A stretch of 64,000 bases of DNA from IMG/VR virus record IMGVR_UViG_2579778606_000002, positions 1-64,000 of that record; one strand, written 5' to 3'. The notes under the pieces are model-generated. The model did not search any database, was not told the origin of the DNA, and saw only the letters and a program-made list of their open reading frames with translations. Shown piece after piece: positions 26,601 to 34,734 of this stretch. Each line of letters begins with the position of its first letter. The first letter of the stretch is position 1. The translations under genes were made by a program, and so were the position numbers. This DNA comes from a virus. Taxonomy: Duplodnaviria; Heunggongvirae; Uroviricota; Caudoviricetes.

Positions 26601-27527
26601 ATCCCAAAGGACGTTTGCCGATTTGAGTGTTGAATCATCCGTGTCGGGGATCATCTCCTGGAAGGTTTCCGGGTGTTTACGCAATACCCATACGTCCACC
26701 ACGGTATCTGTACCGGATTCGCTGAACGTACCAGAAGGCATACGATGCGCGCCCAAAAATTCCGCTTTACGGCTGACTTTATCGCGCAATTTTTTGTATT
26801 TCGTACCATCGGTCATGCCATTCGGCACCACCAATACAATTAGTCCACCAGGCTTAACCTTGTCGATCGTGCGCAGCACAAAATAATTGCCAACGTTCTT
26901 CTCGTTTGCATATACCGGATCAAGCCCGGCGACGCCGGAACGCCCTTCGCCAAACGGTACGTTACCAACTGCGTGGTCATACATTGCATCTTTCGCCGCC
27001 AGCGCCTCAAACGCCCCGATATTCACATCATCTTCCGGGTGCAAAAGCTGGTTTATTCGACCGGAGATCGGAGACAGTTCGGCGCTGGTCATTATCATGC
27101 CCTGCCGTTTTGTCTCCTGGAAAATACCTGTGCCTGCTGACGGTTCCAGTATGTGACCGCTATCAATACCGTAGTCGCCGAAGAGATCCCATATACCTTC
27201 TGCCATAAACTGTGGCGTGTAGTATTCGTATTGGCTGCCCTCACCATCTGTCAGGCCGCCTTCACCGGTATACCCGGCAAGAATCTGACGCTGTTCGTCA
27301 GTTAATTTCGCTCCATCGAAGCCGGGCGGAAGGGAATTAAGAAGATCTACTGCGGCGTTGTTTGCTGTCCGGCGTGTTTTCTGAATACTGACGCCATCGA
27401 CTTTCTTAACGCCAAAGGTCACTACAGCTCGCGGTTTATGCAACCGACTAACAATTTCAATCAGCGCCCCAATGCTGGTGGCCTGGCTAATTGAATCAAT
27501 TATTTTGTCCAAAGGAAGCCCCCTCAA
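20676..27527 (-). CDS. darB: DarB-like antirestriction protein: N6-adenine methyltransferase plus SF2 helicase fusion
   Basis: 2283 aa; MTase motif I LEPSAGTGIF and motif IV-like GNVPFG; helicase Walker A GFGTGLGKTTT and DEGH box; size matches P1 DarB (about 2255 aa); start codon at 27527 is TTG. Confidence 0.75.
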   Translation of the reverse strand: MRGLPLDKIIDSISQATSIGALIEIVSRLHKPRAVVTFGVKKVDGVSIQKTRRTANNAAVDLLNSLPPGFDGAKLTDEQRQILAGYTGEGGLTDGEGSQYEYYTPQFMAEGIWDLFGDYGIDSGHILEPSAGTGIFQETKRQGMIMTSAELSPISGRINQLLHPEDDVNIGAFEALAAKDAMYDHAVGNVPFGEGRSGVAGLDPVYANEKNVGNYFVLRTIDKVKPGGLIVLVVPNGMTDGTKYKKLRDKVSRKAEFLGAHRMPSGTFSESGTDTVVDVWVLRKHPETFQEMIPDTDDSTLKSANVLWDTFLKGKWFTTEGKRFVYGDMERTSFRNTLVVKKDGRVSNESMKTALSRRFESRINWDLLGVTTQAWQGAKVGDKRLVGGIWHEFDGLQWVKDATTKSSVLDVSRYGVSTFGDLQIAFQSTNGILALSWDQISAIASDYPSVVSDEVAAMIRFAGKQREKDRERVMRGALIGQLINKALDLRNLGVNVDDKLADASRLAAAEVAKYGPPHAIKLNGLAEAGAKNWMTFTGNVKQDGSTSDLLAGRLDVTDGAAGIDFTRPEQVIAHLFSDVALNPITLGDFREAFAGELPEDDDAALEYLAKFDDIAIDGYGCLLPMDRATSGDIATKTALLMGWRDASTGEQKANFERQLAKIEEKRIFTPLNKVTVNLNARWLDRRLIKEFLAEQGYDEFKYTEPDLKVVDGILVSPDDYEGKDGVFTGYQLRTVNGKNGNEFKKANNKDGFLNQLENYLNGVKPRGQNANEYLDKIAQLEVSFNDWLRTHPQADQIARDYNDAFNGFIPFTHSDAPLGLEGISGKRIPLTYQNEEVRRLSEDGRGIMGFGTGLGKTTTALALEAYNFETGRTKRTCIVVPKAVYQNWYHEAQSFYSADAFANMMFIGLDEVRDDSGNILTAPVLDENGEPRLDSNGQPLTRNVVKESSSAVIVQRMNMIPSSNWRTVIMTKEQFASIPLREKTIEENSQQAVFNAVEMGRLDLASGKHRDAQKKNKIKDQAANTGTTKKQNIPYFEDMNFDSVIADEGHNYRNSFNAGREAGQLAYLPNPAVSKMARDMAVKAAYMMKRNNGRGVVMLTATPLVNSPIDAFNMLSTVIPQEEWMRMGIITPDDFVRVFGKTATVQVQKISGEVEEKQGLVGFQNLDGLRGIFHRWTTLKTAADVGATVKIPDIIENTLQIPMTGEQETAYEELRKRAQELSRNDELTVDENGHITNDKPDDFIFSIIRDMDKVAIDPDLYASAITFQFPVELADQVKAIADALPKVAGGKVADDVDEAEEDGAGGLVSTRTSKVVKTAFSEHPTHVEIRASIELEAEILKAIAAAGIDMQQVSHPIPPKYAALIENLREGLKNGKQIVFIDEKAQHQKLRRIIASALQMPEQEIGIINATTVSQAGGIKLKKVNKPTEPTPNKNGEYKEGAWETYYSKLAQYEDYLSAKNDAGLEGMEGIAADYNEGRTRIIICNKKAEVGINLHIGTTDIHHLTLPWTPASIDQRNGRGARVGSPQEKVNVHYYCGKGTFDDFRLDTLKRKKDWIKMVMTSDMSEIANGDADDADERAIMLAANPEERRAIMARQAQEREERLKLKAQREANNALDIYLKAANAAGKDIGMMETELKSAMEQIEYYQRNLDDLIKAGTNRNGQKYALEQLSSYRKRARVLRFAITRAKDADTIMKRSRGDVERAIKSGVLDISIDVIQNPQEYMRTDKNILLHKGSYYRAVIDDRETTAIVRVEKIDGEKAQYLCRIAWLDRASRYARAPGSIVTLPFDSVIEAVTFEEGVAESRATAARGVQCHQLSTILTRDQFYDAIRNGVMNVIAGKPGNAWGGGSAIKYWAYRTDDGQIALSSAYDGVIGQKIGRASDIAPERWIYPDGNDEALKREVAKIQASDNPLNIVDGEGFLQALYGYDYTQGMQAWGAQATMDDVAQEFENWMAGRGLSGRSLNKVTSEDILSLFRKPSGEGLESFWRTVLAYRLFQGRMKAFSNIDDIERMFNQVKIAKIKAKIEKTRSALVAWRDALFEQYKSLSDADGWAALEQLANNGVDGAKLAIVKADNPLESPAAQWIKVGAVINAFDEKHISKDDFADAVSVNRLVEMATRRARELKDGDYVNELPDALKSATWQDYVSLKNGGATESEIAERLEQAESKREEQAAVAEARADEAANDDYIIVVNDKPIRAKARVRGRWWSVSEDVGAVYLIADQPGSSTIRNAKDAIKKIGGRFWNFEANPVADVNFDRPAWMVSTRYSVDELRKIIADAA

Positions 27528-27623
27528 AACCGTTAAATCCGCCTTAAGCGGTACGGTTTGAGAGGGTATGGAGTGTGTTAATTTCGCAGAATCACACCCC
27601 GAAGGTTCTTACTCAAAAGGGGA

Positions 27624-28121
27624 TCATGGTTGAACCTGGATAACATCACCGTTCTTAACGGTAATGATTTTGTTCAGAAGAACGATTTGCGGGAAATGTC
27701 CAGCATACCAACTGAACGAACCAATCACTTCATACTGGCCTGGTGGTACGTTTTCGAACTCAAATTTGCCTTGAGCATCAGTCAGGACAGTTCTGTCATA
27801 TTCCGCAACCCTGCCGTCGATTATTTCTAAGGTCTGAGTGTCGTAATCAATTTTGGGGGTATTTTTGATATATGAAGTATACGGACGCAGTATGATATTG
27901 GAGCCAGCACCAATCTTCACATCCCCTCCGCGAGTTACTCCAAATAATTCCCCCTTAACCTTACCTGTGCCTTTTTTCGGCAATGCCTGATATTCCTCTA
28001 CAGGGAATGCTGGGCGTTTAACAAACTGTTTTACTTGCTGAGGCTTGTTGTATGTCTGAACCGGAGCGCATCCTGATAATGCAAATGCACAAACAATAGT
28101 CGCTAATATTGCTTTTTTCAT
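27624..28121 (-). CDS. lipoprotein with carboxypeptidase-regulatory-like (transthyretin-fold) domain
   Basis: Start ATG at 28121 (MKKAILATIVCAFALSGC lipobox); TDAQGKFEFENVPPGQYEV motif. Confidence 0.55.
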   Translation of the reverse strand: MKKAILATIVCAFALSGCAPVQTYNKPQQVKQFVKRPAFPVEEYQALPKKGTGKVKGELFGVTRGGDVKIGAGSNIILRPYTSYIKNTPKIDYDTQTLEIIDGRVAEYDRTVLTDAQGKFEFENVPPGQYEVIGSFSWYAGHFPQIVLLNKIITVKNGDVIQVQP

Positions 28122-28314
28122 AACTTTCTCTTTTCTCAAATAAATAACGCAAACCAATAATAACCAGTGTTATCATTAACTTAGCGCAACTTAACTTTTC
28201 TGTTAGATAATACATTGAATAAAGTTAAAGATGAATGCCGTTTAATAATGTTTGGTGTAATAGAAATCACATTCTCAACATAGTTATTGCTCTTTTTTCA
28301 TTCGGAGCATGATT

Positions 28315-28800
28315 ATGATCAATAATGAACCTCGCTGGCTTATTGAAGCCCGTAAAAATATTGGAGTCACCGAAATAAAAGGAGCGAAACACAATCCTGA
28401 GATCGTCCAGTTCTGGCGGGATATTAAGCGCGGTGGAATTAAAGACGATGAAACGCCGTGGTGCGCAGCATTTGTCGGTGCAATGCTGGAACGTGTAGGC
28501 ATCCGCTCAACAAGATTTGAGTCGGCAAAATCCTATCTGGATTGGGGCGAGAAATTAGATACACCGGCATACGGATGTATCGTTGTATTTACTCGCGCAG
28601 GCGGTGGGCATGTAGGCTTTGTTGTCGGACGCCGCGCCAATGGCGATCTGCTTGTCTTGGGTGGGAACCAGGGGGATGCTGTTAATATTCGCGCATTCCC
28701 AACATCAAGAGTGTCTGGCTATCGCTGGCCTGCTGGCGAACCACGCAATACAGCTCTGTTACCTGTCGGCGACGCAGCAACCTCAACTAATGAGGCATGA
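28315..28800 (+). CDS. TIGR02594-family / CHAP-like putative peptidoglycan hydrolase
   Basis: Conserved Cys (PWCAAFVG) and His (GGGHVGFVVG) catalytic-pair pattern; GGAG 7 nt upstream of ATG 28315. Confidence 0.55.
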   Translation: MINNEPRWLIEARKNIGVTEIKGAKHNPEIVQFWRDIKRGGIKDDETPWCAAFVGAMLERVGIRSTRFESAKSYLDWGEKLDTPAYGCIVVFTRAGGGHVGFVVGRRANGDLLVLGGNQGDAVNIRAFPTSRVSGYRWPAGEPRNTALLPVGDAATSTNEA

Positions 28801-29028
28801 AAAAGCCCCGGCCAGGCCGGGGCATCACACTTCAAGTTACGATCCAATCATTACCGACTGCATCCGCCGTCGATAAATCGACTTCCCGGATCTGGCATCC
28901 ATTAATACAAAACCATCCGGTAGTAGAGCAATTATCAGGCCAGATCCATATACCAACACTCCATGCTTTACGGCAGCACACTTCAGCCTGTCCTTCCCTG
29001 ATTTTTTTTACCGCCTGCATGATGTCCA

Positions 29029-29736
29029 TCACTCGCCTCCCCAACCGATCACCTGGAATTGTCCCATCCTTGGGTGATACCAGCGTTTTCCTCGGTGTTC
29101 AGCCTCCGACATCATCAGGGTAAAGGCATTCATGAAGGGAGATAAGGCCACAATAGTACGACGCGACAATACCCCCTCTGGCGTCAAAAACTCATGCGTA
29201 TCTGTGGGAATCCGGTAAGCGTTGACCAGGTTACGGCATTTGGCTTCAGTCAGGCCACATTTCGCCGCTAACTGGCGATAGCCAATGTAACCTTCTGGCA
29301 TGTTGCCCTTCTTGATCTGCTCGACGGTTTCAGCAACCTGGCTAACCTTTGACTCAACAACATGAAGCCGCTTTTGCTGCTGAACTGCATTTGCAGCCAT
29401 TGCAGCGATCATCTCTATTTCGGTCAACGGCTGGCGTACTTGTTCTTCCAGTTCGCGCCAGCGGTCCACCAGCCGGGCGGTGAATTCGGGAGAGAGCTGC
29501 GCAACGACGATAATGCTATCGCGCTTGCCTTGCTCGCCTTCGAAGACGTAAGCCTCAACACTACGTCGTAGTCCTAAGTTATTGATTTTTTCGAAAACCT
29601 CAATTTGAGGACGAACAATAACGCCACCTTTGTCTAATGTCTCAATAGTGCGTTTCACATTGTCATGACGTTTTCCCACCAGCTCCGCGATCTCAATGCT
29701 GGTCATTGATGGCTTTTCGAGAATGCAGATATCCAT
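29029..29736 (-). CDS. ant: Rha-family regulator / putative antirepressor (Ant-like)
   Basis: N-terminal TSIEIAELVGKRHDNVKRTIETL matches phage Rha domain; ATGA translational coupling with upstream icd-like ORF as described for P1 immI. Confidence 0.5.
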   Translation of the reverse strand: MDICILEKPSMTSIEIAELVGKRHDNVKRTIETLDKGGVIVRPQIEVFEKINNLGLRRSVEAYVFEGEQGKRDSIIVVAQLSPEFTARLVDRWRELEEQVRQPLTEIEMIAAMAANAVQQQKRLHVVESKVSQVAETVEQIKKGNMPEGYIGYRQLAAKCGLTEAKCRNLVNAYRIPTDTHEFLTPEGVLSRRTIVALSPFMNAFTLMMSEAEHRGKRWYHPRMGQFQVIGWGGE

Positions 29737-29960
29737 CAGTGAGACTCCGCAATGCCGGGATTGGTAATATTGCGATACCAGGGATTGGTGTTTGGTTGTG
29801 GGGAAGTAGAGAAACGACCAGTGAGAACGCCATACTGATCAGGGATCAGAGAACGGGCTTCTTTTTCAGTTGCGGCAATTGCGAAGTGATCGCAGTGTTT
29901 TTGCAGGGAGTGAAAACGCCAGATGAATTCTGGACGTGAGCAAGGATTGGCATTAACCAT
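29736..29960 (-). CDS. icd: small ORF in icd position (74 aa), translationally coupled to ant
   Basis: GAGG 8 nt upstream of ATG; stop overlaps ant start; size equals P1 Icd (73 aa); assignment by architecture not sequence. Confidence 0.35.
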   Translation of the reverse strand: MVNANPCSRPEFIWRFHSLQKHCDHFAIAATEKEARSLIPDQYGVLTGRFSTSPQPNTNPWYRNITNPGIAESH

Positions 29961-30019
29961 AGTTACGGCCTCACTAACAGGTTTAACAACCTGCTACCCG
30001 CTGCTAAACAGGTGGCAGG

Positions 30020-30110
30020 ACGTGACGGGGTTAGCAGACTGGCGTTAGTGAAACCAGCAGGCCGAAGCCTCCCCATCACGCCCCACCATAATTTGGGCGT
30101 AACGCGGTTT
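30020..30110 (-). ncRNA. c4: candidate C4-like antisense RNA (contains a'/b' elements CACTAAC … CTGCTAAC complementary to two flanking target pairs)
   Basis: Minus-strand RNA would carry CACTAAC and CTGCTAAC (30030..30050) complementary to GTTAGTG / GTTTAGCAG copies at 30156..30183 and 29972..30013 (the latter just upstream of icd RBS); boundaries approximate. Confidence 0.4.
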
Positions 30111-30290
30111 TACGGACACAAAAATACCGCAATATCGGATATCTGCGGTTGTCCGCACTAACATTCAGGCTGCTAAACCCGGTCGCAGAATTTGCTACGA
30201 CGGCATGAATATAAGCCTGAACATTAGAAAGATCAACAGAATTTTTATCAGATGCTGTTTTTTAGTGACGATATAAATCATACATTCTTG

Positions 30291-30319
30291 ATTAGAAACA
30301 TCAATTTAATTTTCTAACA
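30291..30319. promoter_or_regulatory. operator-like motifs (ATTAGAAACA and TTTTCTAACA, inverted pair) upstream of the immI-like region
   Basis: Motif copies in intergenic 29961..30376. Confidence 0.45.
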
Positions 30320-30376
30320 TACATTTTCGAGCGATGAAATTCCCGCCGCACGGTTATTGTACAGTCAATCGCAACA

Positions 30377-31339
30377 TCATCCCCGAAAGCCCTCCGGAAT
30401 TGACCAGTCTTCCCGGTCAAATTCAGACCGATAGCCACGCTGTTTCATCAGGTCAAAGGCTTCACCAATGGTTGCACACCCCTGGGAGCCAGAATAATCC
30501 ATTGAGAAATCCAGGGCACTGGATTGTTTAGGCTTATTCACTGCTGTAGCGGCACTACGTATCCATGCAAATTTTTTTGCCAGCTTTTCAGCGGTACGAT
30601 ACAGAGCCTGCCGTTTTGCGTGCCCCTCATCTGAACGACGCTTTGCAGCTCTCGCTTTTGCCGCCGCCAGGCAGTGGTTGGTATGTTCTTCCCTGATTAC
30701 TGGTTTTTTATCCAGACCCCCATTATCCGCTTGAGAACTATCTGCTGGTGAAGCCTTTGGCTGAACCGCGCATGATCTTTCTCTTCTTTTGGCTATAGAG
30801 TGACTCTTATTTTCTATTGGCTGTTCATTTTGAACATGGGGGGACTTGTTCAATTTGAACAGGGGGTTCCCAGTTTCAAAAAAATAACGAACCTTTGAAA
30901 TCAACTGCTTAACCAGTTTTGTGGCGTTGGCAAATTTGATGCCCTGCTTACTCCCTATCTCCATTGCTACATGAATGAAGTGGAGAAATTGTGTTGTAAA
31001 CCGGTACACGTTACACACCTGAGCATTGTTATTCGCTACCTGATGCTGCTTAACAAGCATTCCGCACTTCGTCGCTTCGGCAAATGCCCGGCGCACAGTA
31101 GAAATACTGCGTCCTGTAATCTCGGACATATCCGCATATGAGCGACGGATCATGTATTCATCGGTAGCTCCTGCCAGGTTGGCGAACTCGGCAATAATGG
31201 CGCTATGTGAAGGGGAAAGAAAACCGCTATGACGAGCAAAAAAACTCAACTGATGACCTTTGATTTTTTTGTGGTATTCAGTGTTGTTTTTATACTCAGA
31301 AGTGTTGAAAGTAACTGAAACTGAATTTAAAATACTCAC
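30377..31339 (-). CDS. HTH DNA-binding protein, 320 aa (function unknown; replication or regulatory)
   Basis: HTH-like MSEITGRSISTVRRAFAEATKCGML; basic Lys/Arg/Ala-rich middle region. Confidence 0.5.
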   Translation of the reverse strand: MSILNSVSVTFNTSEYKNNTEYHKKIKGHQLSFFARHSGFLSPSHSAIIAEFANLAGATDEYMIRRSYADMSEITGRSISTVRRAFAEATKCGMLVKQHQVANNNAQVCNVYRFTTQFLHFIHVAMEIGSKQGIKFANATKLVKQLISKVRYFFETGNPLFKLNKSPHVQNEQPIENKSHSIAKRRERSCAVQPKASPADSSQADNGGLDKKPVIREEHTNHCLAAAKARAAKRRSDEGHAKRQALYRTAEKLAKKFAWIRSAATAVNKPKQSSALDFSMDYSGSQGCATIGEAFDLMKQRGYRSEFDREDWSIPEGFRG

Positions 31340-31511
31340 CAGATAGTTCCGTGAAAAATCTATCTACCGTATAAATCTATGCCAGTGGATTTATACACCC
31401 AAAAGCCGCTACTCAGCGGCTTTTGCTTTTTTTGGCAGTCGCTACCGGAGCAGTGACCGCGATCCTACTCGATCACGTGCCGTCGGATCAACAGTGTATA
31501 AAAACACACTG

Positions 31512-31521
31512 TGTTAGAAAA
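31512..31521 (+). promoter_or_regulatory. operator-like motif TGTTAGAAAA (followed by TTAAGCT) upstream of gene 30377..31339
   Basis: Exact 10-mer copy in intergenic 31340..31538. Confidence 0.45.
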
Positions 31522-31538
31522 TTAAGCTAGCTTTTAGC

Positions 31539-32537
31539 TCACATCCTCTTAGACACAAAGATCAGCGGAGTCACCGTCTTGTTCTCTTTCACCGGTATTT
31601 CTTGTTGTTTATTGGCTGATATTGGCAGACCATAAGTGGCATTAGCCCCCAGGGATTCAAGCATCGCTGCGACAATGCGTGCATCATCCTCTGACTGCAT
31701 ACGGCAGAGCGCCCGGCGCTGTTCTGCGCTGATAAAAACAGGCATTTCCTGGATAGCATCACGCAAAATACGGCGGCATTTCTTCGCGTTCTCCCCCTGG
31801 CTTTCCATCATCGCGGCCTGGTCGCGTAGTTTGTCGCGAAGCTGCATATTTTCCACTTCAAGATGTATCAGTTCCGACTCCAGAACTTCACGTTGTGCTG
31901 ATTCGAATATGGCTTGCTGACTCTTCATTGCTGAAAAGTGGTGAACCAGATCCGTAGCAGCATTATCGGTAAAACCTTGTTCGATAAGTGCCGCATGAAT
32001 CGCCGCGTCGCGTTCTTCTGCTGATTCAAGCATCAGGCTTTTCTTGTCGAGGCTGATATAGTTAGGCACAGTTACGTAATCAAAACCGTGAAAAGACTTT
32101 ACCAGGGATACAGAGTAATCTGGACCAGATGTAGCCCATGACCAACCACCTGCGCCAGAATTAATCATACCCTGAACAATACGTCCGGTGTCCGTATCCA
32201 GTATTTCCTGTGTATGGGTAACAATGCCGTTGTCGTCAATTGAAATGTCGATAGTCCTGTTTGACGGCACGTTCTCCAATACAACAGGCTTCCCATCTAC
32301 CATCACAACAGAGACTTCCGGCAAGTCCAGGCTTTTCGTTTTGTTATAGTGCATCGCCCGGCGACCATGACCGTAATAACCATACATCTCACCCAGTGCG
32401 ATACGCTCTTTTGTTTCTGGCGAGTTGAATGTGTCTCGTACCGACTGGATAACGTAATTGCGATTGTTCTGAGGTGTGTGTTTGCGGATTTTCTCTACCA
32501 GGGAGAAGCGATCCGTAACGGTATTCAGTGATTGCAT
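31539..32537 (-). CDS. hypothetical head-morphogenesis protein (possibly Pro-like protease/scaffold), 332 aa
   Basis: Follows a portal-sized gene; central coiled-coil segment; assignment by size and order only. Confidence 0.35.
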   Translation of the reverse strand: MQSLNTVTDRFSLVEKIRKHTPQNNRNYVIQSVRDTFNSPETKERIALGEMYGYYGHGRRAMHYNKTKSLDLPEVSVVMVDGKPVVLENVPSNRTIDISIDDNGIVTHTQEILDTDTGRIVQGMINSGAGGWSWATSGPDYSVSLVKSFHGFDYVTVPNYISLDKKSLMLESAEERDAAIHAALIEQGFTDNAATDLVHHFSAMKSQQAIFESAQREVLESELIHLEVENMQLRDKLRDQAAMMESQGENAKKCRRILRDAIQEMPVFISAEQRRALCRMQSEDDARIVAAMLESLGANATYGLPISANKQQEIPVKENKTVTPLIFVSKRM

Positions 32538-32550
32538 TATTTCCCTCCGG

Positions 32551-34236
32551 TTAATTATTGCTCATCACAAATTTTGCAAAGTTGATTAATTGTTCTTGCG
32601 TCCAGTTTTCCGGATCGTCACCGGACGACAACGGCGCGGATTCGTACATACCATGCTCGTTGTTTTGCTCTGATTCATTCGCTTTAAACTCTTTGATCAT
32701 TACGTTGAGAGTGTCATCGTCGATACAAAGCTGTTCGGTGAACAGATAACGCATAAACGCGTCGCTACCCGCCAGTTTCGGGTTGTTCTGGATCTGGTCC
32801 ATTATTTGCGAGATGACAGCTACGAAGTTGGCGCGCGCATCCAGCTCTCGGTTTTCCTCTTCCTGGATAGCTGTGTTCATTGAGTTGAATTGCACGTCAT
32901 AAGGACGGTTTTTTTCGGTGTAAACCTTCCCGTATTTATAAGCGAGGTGAATGTCATGAAGCCGATAAATAGTCCGCTGGGCGGCCTGTCTGATCCAGTT
33001 CGCGCGTAAGGCGGCCTGGATAGCTGTTTGCTGCCAACCGCCTTCTCCAAGTCCACCACTCATCTGATCAGCCCAGCCAAGCATTGTTGCGTCAATACCG
33101 AGGCTTGCCGCGAGCTGTCGGAGATGAAACATAACGTCTTCGATACCACTGATATCTGCGGGTATAGATTGCGTATCAATGGTGATCCCGTTCTTCCCAT
33201 CCCCCATGACGGGTATCAGATGGTTAAGTACAGATGGGAGAGCATTAGAATTAATCGACCGTTGCGCTACGAGGTCGCTATGACGCTTCAGTGCCTGGCT
33301 GACCCCGCGCGTATAATTCGCCGCATTTACCGGATCTATCGTGTTCGTTGTGAGTGCAATCAGGCGATCAATTTTTGCAGCGTTGTTTCGCGTTGCTTTC
33401 AGCGCAGCAAGCGCGGCACATAAATTCAGGTAGGGTTCATAACTGTATTCAAGAAATGACGTACCGTAGTTCTGCGTCTCCATTAACGGCTTGTCCTGCT
33501 GTTCACTAAGCAAGGAATAGCCTTTAGTGCCGTAAGTTACTGGCATTACATTATGCTGAGGCGTCCAGTACGGGTTTTTCATGGAAACCAGATTCCATGG
33601 TTCGGTTATAACTCTGCGCAAAGTATGCGTATCCAGAATGTAATCACCGCTGAATCCGACAAGTTGGCTACCGCGATAAAACTCCTGAACGAAATGAGGG
33701 AGCGTGTAATAGCTCGACTCAATTCCAGTTATCCCCTTCCCTTGCTCTGCATATGGACGGATATACGACACACCGAAAATAGCCATGATCATGGCCCACG
33801 ATGGCAGGCCATCATTAATCATTGAGCTTAAATCAGCGGTCAATTCCTCACATCGACTTACAGCCTCCTTATCTGCCCCATTTTTCGGAGCGAGAATAAA
33901 TGCGAGGCCTGTTTTTTTTGATGGAGCCAGAGAATGCGCAATGTGAATGTTTAATGCTGTGGAGACAGTCGGACTTTTCGCCATCGTCTCCAGTATGTTG
34001 TATTTTTGCAGGCGGTCGCCGGGCAGTTCTGCCGAAATTGATACTGTATCTGCCGCGCTTGTCATGCCATCGCTATTGCCACCCAGGATACCCGGACGTA
34101 AAGCAGACAGACCAGAACGCGCAACGACACTATGACCGCTTGTAAAAACGACCGGATCAGCAGGCGTGACATCGCCACTGTTGAAGGCTTTCTTCAATGC
34201 CGACAGAAAGCCTTTGTTTTTGTCTTTCGTTGCCAT
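32551..34236 (-). CDS. hypothetical 561-aa protein, portal-sized (possibly Prt-like)
   Basis: Size and position only; no diagnostic motif recognised. Confidence 0.35.
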   Translation of the reverse strand: MATKDKNKGFLSALKKAFNSGDVTPADPVVFTSGHSVVARSGLSALRPGILGGNSDGMTSAADTVSISAELPGDRLQKYNILETMAKSPTVSTALNIHIAHSLAPSKKTGLAFILAPKNGADKEAVSRCEELTADLSSMINDGLPSWAMIMAIFGVSYIRPYAEQGKGITGIESSYYTLPHFVQEFYRGSQLVGFSGDYILDTHTLRRVITEPWNLVSMKNPYWTPQHNVMPVTYGTKGYSLLSEQQDKPLMETQNYGTSFLEYSYEPYLNLCAALAALKATRNNAAKIDRLIALTTNTIDPVNAANYTRGVSQALKRHSDLVAQRSINSNALPSVLNHLIPVMGDGKNGITIDTQSIPADISGIEDVMFHLRQLAASLGIDATMLGWADQMSGGLGEGGWQQTAIQAALRANWIRQAAQRTIYRLHDIHLAYKYGKVYTEKNRPYDVQFNSMNTAIQEEENRELDARANFVAVISQIMDQIQNNPKLAGSDAFMRYLFTEQLCIDDDTLNVMIKEFKANESEQNNEHGMYESAPLSSGDDPENWTQEQLINFAKFVMSNN

Positions 34237-34419
34237 GAGTCACCGCGAAATGTTTTCAGTTTGCGGCAGCATAGTCAGTATGTGATTTTTGATGATGGAT
34301 CTTTTCAACTAGAAATATTGGCTGGCCCCTCTCGTAACAAAGTGAAGAATAAAACTTGAATATGCACATTGTGCGTATTAAGATTAAAAAAGTTGACCAC
34401 TTTGCTGCGGAGAAATTCC

Positions 34420-34722
34420 ATGAAAAGCTCTTTAATTAACTCCAAATTACACCAACTTGCTATCAAAAATCGAGTTCCTGCATGGTCGGTTTACATGCAT
34501 ATCAGCCACGCATGTCTGAGCAATGAAAACATTTACAATCTGCAAATTCTAAGCCGGGAAGGCAGGACTTTGTTTAGCGTTGCAGAGGATTCCTATAAGG
34601 CCTGGGATATGCTGGATGACGCGTTAAGCCAATACGCGCAAACAGAAGAATGCCAAAAAGAATGGGCCAGGTACTGTGATGAAGGGATGCCATGCTGCGG
34701 TCTGTTCGGCGCAGCTCTGTGA
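34420..34722 (+). CDS. hypothetical 100-aa protein upstream of HTH gene (candidate toxin partner)
   Basis: ATG at 34420 with GGAG 7 nt upstream (ORF track start 34369 is TTG). Confidence 0.4.
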   Translation: MKSSLINSKLHQLAIKNRVPAWSVYMHISHACLSNENIYNLQILSREGRTLFSVAEDSYKAWDMLDDALSQYAQTEECQKEWARYCDEGMPCCGLFGAAL

Positions 34723-34734
34723 ATCGATTCAACG

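Noticed and set aside
21223-27208. Numerous plus-strand ORFs of 60-280 aa inside the darB-like gene (for example 23016..23867, 23212..23874)
   Set aside because: All are antisense to a motif-supported 2283-aa gene, Ser/Ala/Arg-biased, and lack ribosome-binding sites; treated as shadow ORFs.
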